From positions 27,407-91,406 of IMG/VR virus record IMGVR_UViG_2681812962_000001: DNA of 64,000 bases, one strand, 5' to 3'. Position numbers and translations under genes: made by a program. The DNA comes from a virus. Taxonomy: Duplodnaviria > Caudoviricetes. A model generated the notes under the pieces. That model had not been told where the DNA came from, searched no databases, and saw only the letters and a program-made list of their open reading frames with translations. The number at the start of each line of letters is the position of its first letter. The stretch's first letter is position 1. Of this stretch, positions 10,739 to 18,850 are shown piece after piece.

Positions 10739-11607
10739 GATTTACCATCAATTTCTTCAGCAACAGGATCCTCAACTGTATGCTTTTTAATTTCTTCCCA
10801 GTATTCGTCTGCATATTTATTTTTAAGATTAAGCATTCTAGAGAGATGTCCCAAGAAAAAGACCCTTATATATCTTCCTATATTATCAACATCAGCCCAT
10901 TTAGGATCCGGCAGGGGGACAGGCTTATCATTTTCCCATTTCTTTAGCAAAGTTCCAAAGCTCTCTTGTTCTGCAGCATTTGCTCCCGTTTCTTGAACAG
11001 GCTTTAAATTACCTGAGCCTAATAAATCTTGCAGGGTTTTAAGCTGCTGATCTACTTTTTCCTTGTTTTCTCTACGTTTCTCAATATCTAGTTGTGTAAG
11101 GCAGATTTGCTTAATTACAAGCTCCATACCTTTTGAATCTATCTGATATCTTGAAGTGAAGTCCTCATACTCGTTCTGTAGCCAAGTGTAGTCATCCATA
11201 GAAAAGCCGCGTCCCCAGAACTTAACCAAGAGACCAGCGTTTTCTTGAGCTATCTTCTTATCTTCATCCGAAAAGTCAGCGGCAAGTCCTGTATTAGTAG
11301 TTGCAGTGTCGCTGTCAGCCCATGTTTCAAGCCGGAATTTCTTTAATGAGATATTTTTAAAATACATTCCGAATGTATCTTTCTCGTCTGCAACTGAAGC
11401 TTCCCAGAGTTCTCTCTTGAAAGGTCGATCACATACTCGAAGAATCTCTTTCATGGATTCCTTATCACCATGCGCATTGTCGAACTCTTGTTTAAGACAG
11501 TCTTTGCACCATGGCATTTTCTCATCTGTATGCCATTTGCTATACGACTTATAGAAATTAGCCTCATGTTTATCTCTTAAGCATTTTAAGCATTGTTTAG
11601 TGCTCAT
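10735..11607 (-). CDS. yonG: Putative terminase small subunit (YonG-like), N-terminal Zn finger
   Basis: CxxC...CxxC; ATGA overlap with the terminase large subunit. Confidence 0.65.
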   Translation of the reverse strand: MSTKQCLKCLRDKHEANFYKSYSKWHTDEKMPWCKDCLKQEFDNAHGDKESMKEILRVCDRPFKRELWEASVADEKDTFGMYFKNISLKKFRLETWADSDTATTNTGLAADFSDEDKKIAQENAGLLVKFWGRGFSMDDYTWLQNEYEDFTSRYQIDSKGMELVIKQICLTQLDIEKRRENKEKVDQQLKTLQDLLGSGNLKPVQETGANAAEQESFGTLLKKWENDKPVPLPDPKWADVDNIGRYIRVFFLGHLSRMLNLKNKYADEYWEEIKKHTVEDPVAEEIDGKS

Positions 11608-11633
11608 TAATAATCACCACCTATATAAAAGGA

Positions 11634-11807
11634 TCGAAATATCCTTTAGAAAGTGCCCGGCAGAAGTGGAAAGGGGAGACCACTGCCAGACACTTGTAAA
11701 AGATATTTCGAGGTGTGAAGCGGGGAACTTAAAATAAAATCACCAATTTATCCTGTTAATGATTTATGCAGGCATGAAAGAGGGGAGGGCTAGGCTCCAT
11801 CCCCTAC
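11634..11807 (-). ncRNA. Two long RNA stem-loops with C/U-rich loops (candidate cis-regulatory or small RNA)
   Basis: On the minus strand AAGUGUCUGGCAG pairs with CUGCCGGGCACUU using G-U pairs; outer stem UCGAAAUAUC/GAUAUUUCGA; loops UCUCCCCUUU and CCCUCCCCUC. Confidence 0.4.
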
Positions 11808-11814
11808 GGTAATT

Positions 11815-13008
11815 TTATTTCACTTTATCTAAACGAATATAATACTCACTTTCTAAGCCATCTTCTTTATCAAAAACAAAGAAAGATTGAGCGGGTTTTC
11901 CGCCATAACGTCCTGAAGTAGAGTGGTCATCCGCTCCAATCAAACTTGGATTGACGTGAACTCTTGTAACACCATATTCTTTGCTGAATTTGTGATGAAT
12001 ATGTCCTGTAAAGATATGCTTTGGAATTACACCTAGAAGCTGAGGAAGGCGATTTACACTTTGATTTGGATTGTCAAAGTTTCCGTGTGCATATACAACT
12101 TCTTCATCAAAAATCTTGTCTAAGATATAACCATCTTTGTCAGTCTTAATAGTTACATTAGGATGGTTTCTCAAACGTGCCTCCATATACCACGGAATGA
12201 GATACTCGTAATTCTCTTTTAAGCCAACTTCGTCTTTCTTGCCGGATCGACCATGGTTGCCGATGACGTTATAATAAACAACCTTAGGAAAGATAGAGGA
12301 GAGGTGTGATACAATTTCGCTGAGAACTTCAGATACGTATTGAACTTGTTCTACTAAATCTTCGTTTGATTGCACTCTGGTGCTTATATGTATGGTACCA
12401 CTAATTTGGTCTCCTAAATTAGCAACATGTAGTGTATGTATTTCGTTCTTGAGTCCATAGTCTACAATCTTTGAGACCAATAAATTAACCCTAGCATCAA
12501 ATATCTCTTTATTGAATTTATTAACAGAGTTATCTACTTCCATACCGAAATGCCAATCACTGAATAAAGCTAGTCCATGCTTGACATTTTCGACAGTTGA
12601 ACTAGAGGGTTTAAAAGTAAGAGGCTTCTTTCGCTCGAGTAACTGAATCCCATCCTGCAAATCATCTCTCAATTTCTCAAATCTTGCTTGATTTCGGATA
12701 GCTTTGTTGTATTCACGTTTCTGGTCGAGCTTTCGAATTTTCTCTTTCTCTGCCTCAACCCGCATTTCTTCGTATTTATCTAGGATTTCTTTATCGAGGT
12801 TCTTGGAAAGGATGTAATCTTTCCAATTGCAATATTCTTTAAAGGATTTGCGCCATTTTGATTCTCCATAGTTGCTTCCATATTCTTTATTTAACAAATC
12901 AGCTATCTCATCAAAAGATGTTTTATAGGTATCTTTATTAGAGAAGAGTCGAACTTGATAGTCTAGAAAGCTTTCATTATTTCCTCTTTGTAAAATGTCG
13001 TGAGTCAT
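11815..13008 (-). CDS. yonJ: Calcineurin-like metallophosphoesterase (YonJ-like)
   Basis: Motifs SDWH, LGD, GNHG, AHG and GHIH. Confidence 0.85.
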   Translation of the reverse strand: MTHDILQRGNNESFLDYQVRLFSNKDTYKTSFDEIADLLNKEYGSNYGESKWRKSFKEYCNWKDYILSKNLDKEILDKYEEMRVEAEKEKIRKLDQKREYNKAIRNQARFEKLRDDLQDGIQLLERKKPLTFKPSSSTVENVKHGLALFSDWHFGMEVDNSVNKFNKEIFDARVNLLVSKIVDYGLKNEIHTLHVANLGDQISGTIHISTRVQSNEDLVEQVQYVSEVLSEIVSHLSSIFPKVVYYNVIGNHGRSGKKDEVGLKENYEYLIPWYMEARLRNHPNVTIKTDKDGYILDKIFDEEVVYAHGNFDNPNQSVNRLPQLLGVIPKHIFTGHIHHKFSKEYGVTRVHVNPSLIGADDHSTSGRYGGKPAQSFFVFDKEDGLESEYYIRLDKVK

Positions 13009-13020
13009 CTAGTCACCACC

Positions 13021-13227
13021 TTAGTCTATAGAACTATCTAACTTATAATTTTCAAGTTCTGATGCTTCCTTGATGGTGATATCAATCATACGATTTTCTC
13101 CTTCAAAAGCGTCAAGTATTTCTTCTAACTGGTAAACTTTGATTTCGTCATCATATTCAGTCAGGGTGCCCGCTTCTAAATCAATCTTTGCTTTTTTAAA
13201 CGTTTGGGTGATGTTTTGCTTCGCCAT
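13021..13227 (-). CDS. yonK: YonK-like small protein
   Basis: 68 aa, SD AGGAGGAG, directly upstream of the yonJ-like gene. Confidence 0.7.
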   Translation of the reverse strand: MAKQNITQTFKKAKIDLEAGTLTEYDDEIKVYQLEEILDAFEGENRMIDITIKEASELENYKLDSSID

Positions 13228-13451
13228 ATTAATTTCTCCTCCTAATTGATCCTGTATTTATTTATACTTTGTATTTAACATCTCACAAACTGAGTTGATT
13301 TATATTTGCATTAAATACATCTGTAGAATCAGCTGTATTTTGATACAAATATTCTAAAAAACCTCCCCAAATTAGAAAGGGAGATTTATTAAAAGTTTAT
13401 TAGGAAAGCTAATTTTACTATTGTAAGAATCTTTACACTTCATTTCCATTA

Positions 13452-13479
13452 TTGACATACCATACCAGTGTGATATGTT
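13452..13479 (+). promoter_or_regulatory. SigA-type promoter for the lipoprotein moron
   Basis: TTGACA-16 nt-(TGn)TATGTT. Confidence 0.5.
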
Positions 13480-13514
13480 GGAATGGAATGTAATGGAAGG
13501 GAAGGATTGGCTTT

Positions 13515-14315
13515 ATGAAGAAATTAACAAAGGTTTTTTATTGTAATGTCGCTCTATTATTGCTTGTGCTGTTGCTCGTAGGGTGTTCAGGCGGTACAAA
13601 CGATGAAGCAAAAACTGATGCTTCAAATAGTGAAGCCACTCAAAAATCCGACGATAAAACTAACAAAACAGAAGAGAACAATCAAGTAGATAAAGATAAA
13701 TCCGAATCTACAAAAGACACAGAAGTATCTGGAACAGGGAGTTCAGATGAATCTACTACAGACAGTTCTGATGCATCTACAACGCAAGAGACTACAACAG
13801 ATGAGTCCGAGAGTACTTCAAAAGGAGAATCTTCTGTAAACGAATCTAAGGAAACCTCTTCAGATGATGCAAAAAAACAAGAATCGGATAGTGGATCTGA
13901 ACCCAAAGAAGAAGATGAATTATCAAATTATTCAGCTGCTCAGATTGAATACGCCCGAGTTTGGTTACAACTTGGAACTATAAAAGACATAGATGAATTA
14001 AATATTCGACATATTGCAGCTGGTGAATTAGTTAAACCTGATAATAATGAAAGTGCTGCTTATCCTGAAGATGTTATCCAGTTAGCAGGTGGTCGCTTAG
14101 TTGATGGTTCGGTAACATATAGTAGTAATGGTGATGGCACAATTAATGTTTACTCCGTTCCTTTGCGCTGGGATGGTGTTCCTGATGATGAACTTGGAGA
14201 AGGAGTAATTCGTGAAATAACAGAGGATATCATTAATAATACAAAGAAAGTTTCTGTTGATACGGGCAACAATGAAGAAATCATTAAGCTCATTGATTCT
14301 ATGAACAGTAATTGA
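13515..14315 (+). CDS. Lipoprotein with a Ser/Thr/Asp/Glu-rich linker and C-terminal globular domain (moron)
   Basis: Signal peptide with lipobox LLVGC; orientation opposite to flanking genes; own promoter and terminator. Confidence 0.8.
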   Translation: MKKLTKVFYCNVALLLLVLLLVGCSGGTNDEAKTDASNSEATQKSDDKTNKTEENNQVDKDKSESTKDTEVSGTGSSDESTTDSSDASTTQETTTDESESTSKGESSVNESKETSSDDAKKQESDSGSEPKEEDELSNYSAAQIEYARVWLQLGTIKDIDELNIRHIAAGELVKPDNNESAAYPEDVIQLAGGRLVDGSVTYSSNGDGTINVYSVPLRWDGVPDDELGEGVIREITEDIINNTKKVSVDTGNNEEIIKLIDSMNSN

Positions 14316-14354
14316 CTTAGATATCACTGTCACCGATAATATTGAGATTACTAT

Positions 14355-14392
14355 AAAAAAGGGGCGGTTCGTAATTTTTATGAACCGCCCTA
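14355..14392. terminator. Terminator between convergent genes
   Basis: AAAAAAGGGGCGGTTCGTAA-TTT-TTATGAACCGCCCT. Confidence 0.7.
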
Positions 14393-14400
14393 GTATTAAA

Positions 14401-16257
14401 TTAAAATACTTGAATAGCTTTTGCGTAATACATCTCTCGGTTTGCTAAGTGATTTGTACCACCATTTACTCTTAACGTCACAGCTCTTACTGTTGGATTT
14501 GTATCACATAGCGCATTCATATTATTGTTATGCCACCAGAATCCTGCGCTAGTCCATGGATAATGAGAAGCGACATAATTAACACCTTGGTTTACTATTT
14601 CTGGATCACCAATTGCTTTTGAGAAAGCAGTATAGTTGTAACGACCAGTTAATTGAATATAACCCCCTCCTTTGTACTTTGGACCATCGCCTGGTTGTGT
14701 ATTACCTAGTTTAACACCTTTGGATGTATTGTATTCATAATCCCATCCACTGGCTAACTCTGTTCTATATACCCCACATGCTGATTCCTGACTACATTGG
14801 GCAAGAAAATGAGTGATTCTAGAACGAGTTGTAATATGATATCTTTCTAAACAGCTATTTAAATCTTTTAACATGGCATCTGAAATTTTTGAACTTGGCC
14901 ATCCAATGTGATTTAGCTGACTTTCGGATACATATTTACCTGTTTTACCAGTTCCACCTTTGATTGGAGTCGAAGTATCCTTTCCAGTATCACTGCCACT
15001 ACCATTGTCATAAACTTTCAATTTTTGGCCAACCTGAAGCTTGTTCGGATCACTGATACCATTTAACGATTGGATTTGGGACAATGTCATTCCAAAACGT
15101 TGTGCGATGCTACTCAAGTTATCTCCGGATACAACGATATATGTAGTGGTTTTTTGGGTTGGAGTATCCTTCCCACCATCATTGCTGCTACCATTATCAT
15201 AAACTTTTATTCTTTGTCCAATCTGAATTTTATTTGGGTCACTGATATTATTCAAAGATTGAATTTGTGCCACCGTCATGTCATAACGCAGTGCAATACT
15301 ACCTAGGTTATCTCCAGATTTAATAGTATAAGTAATGGTTTTACGAGAAGACCCTCCACTTTCAGACCCGCCCGAAGAGGAATAGACTTTCAATTTTTGA
15401 CCAATTTGAAGCTTGTTAGGATCACTAATGTTATTCAATGATTGAATTTGAGCCACTGTCATGCCATATTTCTGTGCAATACTGCCTAGATTATCTCCAG
15501 ATTTAACTGTATATGTAGTAGTCGGGCGAGTAGAACCGCCAGTTGAGCCACCTGAAGAGGCATAAACTTTCAATTTCTGACCAATTTGAAGCTTGTTTGG
15601 ATCGCTGATATTGTTCAATGATTGAATCTGAGCTAACGTCATGCCATATTTCTGTGCAATACTGCCTAGGTTGTCTCCAGATCTAACTGTGTACGTAGTG
15701 GTTGGACGAGTGGAACCGCCTCCCGTAGAACCACCTGAAGTAGAGTAGACCTTCAAATTCTGACCGATTTGAAGCTTATTTGGATCAGTAATGTTATTCA
15801 AAGATTGGATTTGAGCCAGCGTCATGCCGAACTTCTGTGCGATACTGCCTAGATTGTCTCCAGATTTTACTGTGTATGTAGAGGTTGGACGAGTGGAACC
15901 GCCGCCTGTAGAGCCACCTGAAGAAGAATAGACTTTCAATTTCTGACCAATTTGAAGCTTGTTTGGATCAGTAATGTTATTCAAAGATTGGATTTGAGCC
16001 AGCGTCATGCCGAACTTCTGTGCGATGCTGCCCAAATTGTCTCCAGATTTAACAGTATAAGTAGTAGTCGCGCGTGTGGAGTCGCCACCAGTAGAACCAC
16101 CAGAAGTGGAGTAGACTTTTAGTTTTTGACCAATCTGAAGTTTATTTGGATCAGAAATGTTATTCAAAGATTGGATTTGAGCCAGCGTCATGCCGAACTT
16201 CTGTGCGATGCTTCCTAGGTTGTCTCCAGATTTAACTGTGTATGTAGTAGTTGCCAA
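14401..16257 (-). CDS. Seven LysM domains plus a C-terminal glycoside hydrolase family 19 (chitinase/lysozyme-like) domain
   Basis: Seven YTVKSGDNLGSIA...LQIGQKLKV repeats; GH19 motifs HFLAQCSQES, YKGGGYIQLTGRYNY and VNGG; no signal peptide. Confidence 0.9.
   Translation of the reverse strand: MATTTYTVKSGDNLGSIAQKFGMTLAQIQSLNNISDPNKLQIGQKLKVYSTSGGSTGGDSTRATTTYTVKSGDNLGSIAQKFGMTLAQIQSLNNITDPNKLQIGQKLKVYSSSGGSTGGGSTRPTSTYTVKSGDNLGSIAQKFGMTLAQIQSLNNITDPNKLQIGQNLKVYSTSGGSTGGGSTRPTTTYTVRSGDNLGSIAQKYGMTLAQIQSLNNISDPNKLQIGQKLKVYASSGGSTGGSTRPTTTYTVKSGDNLGSIAQKYGMTVAQIQSLNNISDPNKLQIGQKLKVYSSSGGSESGGSSRKTITYTIKSGDNLGSIALRYDMTVAQIQSLNNISDPNKIQIGQRIKVYDNGSSNDGGKDTPTQKTTTYIVVSGDNLSSIAQRFGMTLSQIQSLNGISDPNKLQVGQKLKVYDNGSGSDTGKDTSTPIKGGTGKTGKYVSESQLNHIGWPSSKISDAMLKDLNSCLERYHITTRSRITHFLAQCSQESACGVYRTELASGWDYEYNTSKGVKLGNTQPGDGPKYKGGGYIQLTGRYNYTAFSKAIGDPEIVNQGVNYVASHYPWTSAGFWWHNNNMNALCDTNPTVRAVTLRVNGGTNHLANREMYYAKAIQVF
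15010..16250 (-). repeat. Seven tandem coding repeats of about 180-190 bp (LysM plus Gly/Ser linker)
   Basis: Near-identical nucleotide blocks such as gattggatttgagccagcgtcatgccgaacttctgtgc. Confidence 0.9.
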
Positions 16258-16314
16258 AATTATAACCTCTCTCTTTTTATTAATAGTTGCTGCGATTAAT
16301 TCTGTGTTGTAATT

Positions 16315-16608
16315 TTATTTTACTTGTATGGATATTTTTTTTACCACCTCCTTAAGCTCTTTTCCAGCCTTAAAGGCAGGGGTTTTACCCGAAGGAATGA
16401 CCATTTCTTCTTGAGTATGTAGGTTGCGAGCTTTTCGTTCGGCACGATTACGAACTTCAAAAGTACCAAACCCAACCAGTTGCACTTTTTCACCTTTTGC
16501 TAAGGTTTCACTAATTGTTTTGAGTGTGCTTTTAACCGCCGCTTCAGTGTCTTTCTTGGAAATTCCCGTTTTAATTGCTACCTCTTTAATTAATTCTGCT
16601 TTGTTCAT
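16315..16608 (-). CDS. hup: HU family DNA-binding protein (YonN-like)
   Basis: MNKAELIKEVA...VQLVGFGTFEVRNRAERKARN...PAFKAGKELK; start ATG at 16608 after SD AAGGAGGG. Confidence 0.95.
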   Translation of the reverse strand: MNKAELIKEVAIKTGISKKDTEAAVKSTLKTISETLAKGEKVQLVGFGTFEVRNRAERKARNLHTQEEMVIPSGKTPAFKAGKELKEVVKKISIQVK

Positions 16609-16642
16609 ATTTTGTTCCCTCCTTATCGAATATAATTTTATT

Positions 16643-17527
16643 TTACTTTTTACTAACAAATTTAGTTATGTCTTCAATATTTTCATCGAAGAAGATATAT
16701 TCATTATTGTCTTTGATGTAAAACCCAAGCACATGATCCATTTTAGATTCATTGTCATCCAATACGATATATTGCTTACAAGACTTATCGACTATGAAAT
16801 ATTCACCATTAAATTTAAAATTGTTTTCAGTATCTATGTAAGACCAGTTTGATATGTAATCAGCATCTATCGGAATTCTGCCATTTCTGCTTTCATGTAT
16901 AAGTTCTTTGCTAAAGTGTATAGTGCTTCCATCAAACTTAGGGTATTCAGCAGACCATTCACCCGCTTCGTTCTTCTTCAAATCATATGTAAACACATCA
17001 TCATCACCTACCTCAATGTACTTATCTTTAGTGCTGTAGAGAATATTCATTTTATAAGTTTTAGTATCTCTCCACTTTTTAGCTTTTGCTGAATCTCTGT
17101 ACTCAGCGTTTATAGTGGGGGAGAGCTCTGGGATAATCTCATTTCGGTAATCTTCAATAAGATCTTGGTCAATTGACTCGATTTCAGCAGAATAGAATCC
17201 CTGATCGTTGTTGAATTCAGAATAGCCGTATAAGTAATCATATACACTTTGATTAGCCAAGTTTGATATAACGGTTTCTCGCTTATTAATCGTGGAGTAC
17301 TTGTCAGGTGTAAGGATTCCACCTTCCTGAGTTTCACGTAGAAGGTAGTTAGCGCAATCGAGTAACATCTTTCTAGTGCCATGGAAGGTAGTATAGTTAG
17401 TTATGTAGTTATCGAACTTATCTAATATGTATTGCTGTACCTGATTAACTAATTCAGTACCTGAATCAGAAGCACTTGAGTGTAATGTATGCATCCCGCC
17501 ATTAGGGAGGTCTATTGTAAATATCAC
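16643..17527 (-). CDS. Hypothetical phage protein
   Basis: 294 aa ORF with SD GAGGGAG. Confidence 0.7.
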   Translation of the reverse strand: MIFTIDLPNGGMHTLHSSASDSGTELVNQVQQYILDKFDNYITNYTTFHGTRKMLLDCANYLLRETQEGGILTPDKYSTINKRETVISNLANQSVYDYLYGYSEFNNDQGFYSAEIESIDQDLIEDYRNEIIPELSPTINAEYRDSAKAKKWRDTKTYKMNILYSTKDKYIEVGDDDVFTYDLKKNEAGEWSAEYPKFDGSTIHFSKELIHESRNGRIPIDADYISNWSYIDTENNFKFNGEYFIVDKSCKQYIVLDDNESKMDHVLGFYIKDNNEYIFFDENIEDITKFVSKK

Positions 17528-17575
17528 TTTTATCTACTCCCTCACTTATATATAATCGGTTTTTTTTGATGAAAT

Positions 17576-18304
17576 TTATCCGTTTTGCGTCATGGTAGCG
17601 CATTTCTTACATTTAGACTTAAATCCATTGCTCTTTTGTTTGTCTTTTATAAAGAAATCTTCGGTTAAAGGTAATACCTTTTTGCAATAAATACATTCAG
17701 AGTAGTTCCATTCAACTTTAATGTAGTTTTCATCGGCCATTGAGTATTTCCACTGCTTGACATATTGATCTCTGATCTTCTTACAAGCTGTCTTTAGGTT
17801 TTTGGTAATTGCTTGTGCTTTCTGATTATAGAGTAAGGCAATATCAGCTTCTCGTAGTCCTGCTTCAAACAGTCCAATTATCTTTCGTTGCTTATGAGAT
17901 AGCGGTACTTGGTGAATGTAGTAATCTAAATCTCCGTAAACAGCTGAAATTTCTGGATTTGTTTGGGCTAGGTGAGAGGCAGAGATGAATTTTTCCCAGA
18001 GAGAAGGATCATATCTATTCACCATAAGTCTGACAGGCTTAAACTTTATATGTAAAGGTATTTCTCCATCTTGCTGCTTCTTTAAAAAAAGCTCTTTTCT
18101 ATGAATGTTAAGTCGCTGTTCGGCGAGCGTTATGGCAATATTGGCTACCTCTTCTAAATCAAACTGTTGAGATGTACTTAATTGATAAAAGTCATCGAAT
18201 TCACTTCTATTTCTAATTAATCCTTCTATTACTTCCTCATCACTGAAGGAAAGAAAGCGGAAGGGATGTTCATGTTTATGTATATCACGTTTAACTGCTC
18301 CCAT
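17576..18304 (-). CDS. Putative transcription factor: sigma70 region 4/LuxR-like HTH plus C-terminal CxxC..CxxC Zn finger
   Basis: LSHKQRKIIGLFEAGLREADIALLYNQKAQAITKNLKTACKKI; CIYC...CKKC. Confidence 0.6.
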   Translation of the reverse strand: MGAVKRDIHKHEHPFRFLSFSDEEVIEGLIRNRSEFDDFYQLSTSQQFDLEEVANIAITLAEQRLNIHRKELFLKKQQDGEIPLHIKFKPVRLMVNRYDPSLWEKFISASHLAQTNPEISAVYGDLDYYIHQVPLSHKQRKIIGLFEAGLREADIALLYNQKAQAITKNLKTACKKIRDQYVKQWKYSMADENYIKVEWNYSECIYCKKVLPLTEDFFIKDKQKSNGFKSKCKKCATMTQNG

Positions 18305-18337
18305 TAATTATTCCTCTCATATATAATTTTATTTTAC

Positions 18338-18526
18338 TTAATAAAATAGATTATTCTCAATTTCACGTTTTAATAACTGGTATGTATAACGGCCGGTGTT
18401 AATAGTTCCATTCCATTTGTAGTCCTCATACAATTCTAACTCATCATCATAGGCCAGGTTGTCTTTAATCTTTTCCTCAAGATACTCAATCACCTCACTT
18501 GAAGTAATTATAAAGTTGTATTCCAT
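18338..18526 (-). CDS. yonP: YonP-like small protein
   Basis: 62 aa, SD AAGGAGG, first gene of the leftward unit as in SPbeta. Confidence 0.55.
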   Translation of the reverse strand: MEYNFIITSSEVIEYLEEKIKDNLAYDDELELYEDYKWNGTINTGRYTYQLLKREIENNLFY

Positions 18527-18560
18527 ACGCTGCCTCCTTCCTTATGTACCTAATAACCTA

Positions 18561-18589
18561 ATTTTATAACGCAACGAAGTATTAGTCAA
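18561..18589 (-). promoter_or_regulatory. SigA promoter of the leftward yonP-hup unit; transcription divergence point
   Basis: Minus strand TTGACT-17 nt-TAAAAT. Confidence 0.65.
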
Positions 18590-18672
18590 TTATATTTTAT
18601 TTTATTTGCTGGACAAGATAAGTAAAATTATGTAATGTTTATTGTGAACAAGTTAACAGGGAGGTGAGACTA

Positions 18673-18837
18673 TTGACTGGAAAAGAACTAAAGATGATGA
18701 GGATAGGGTTAGACATAAAAGCATGCGATATTGCAAAAAAGCTTGTACTATCTAAACAATACATAAGCATGATGGAGAACGATAAGCGCCCGATACCTGA
18801 ACACTTATTAAGCAAATGGACTGCACTATTAAAATAG
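18673..18837 (+). CDS. XRE/Cro-family HTH protein (54 aa, missed by the ORF track)
   Basis: SD GGAGGTG, TTG start, MTGKELKMMRIGLDIKACDIAKKLVLSKQYISMMENDKRPIPEHLLSKWTALLK. Confidence 0.75.
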   Translation: MTGKELKMMRIGLDIKACDIAKKLVLSKQYISMMENDKRPIPEHLLSKWTALLK

Positions 18838-18850
18838 AGGAGAGATATTA

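Noticed and set aside
15010-16250. Regular repeats that could be taken for a CRISPR or other non-coding array
   Set aside because: They are in-frame LysM coding repeats with no unique spacers; no cas genes in the window.
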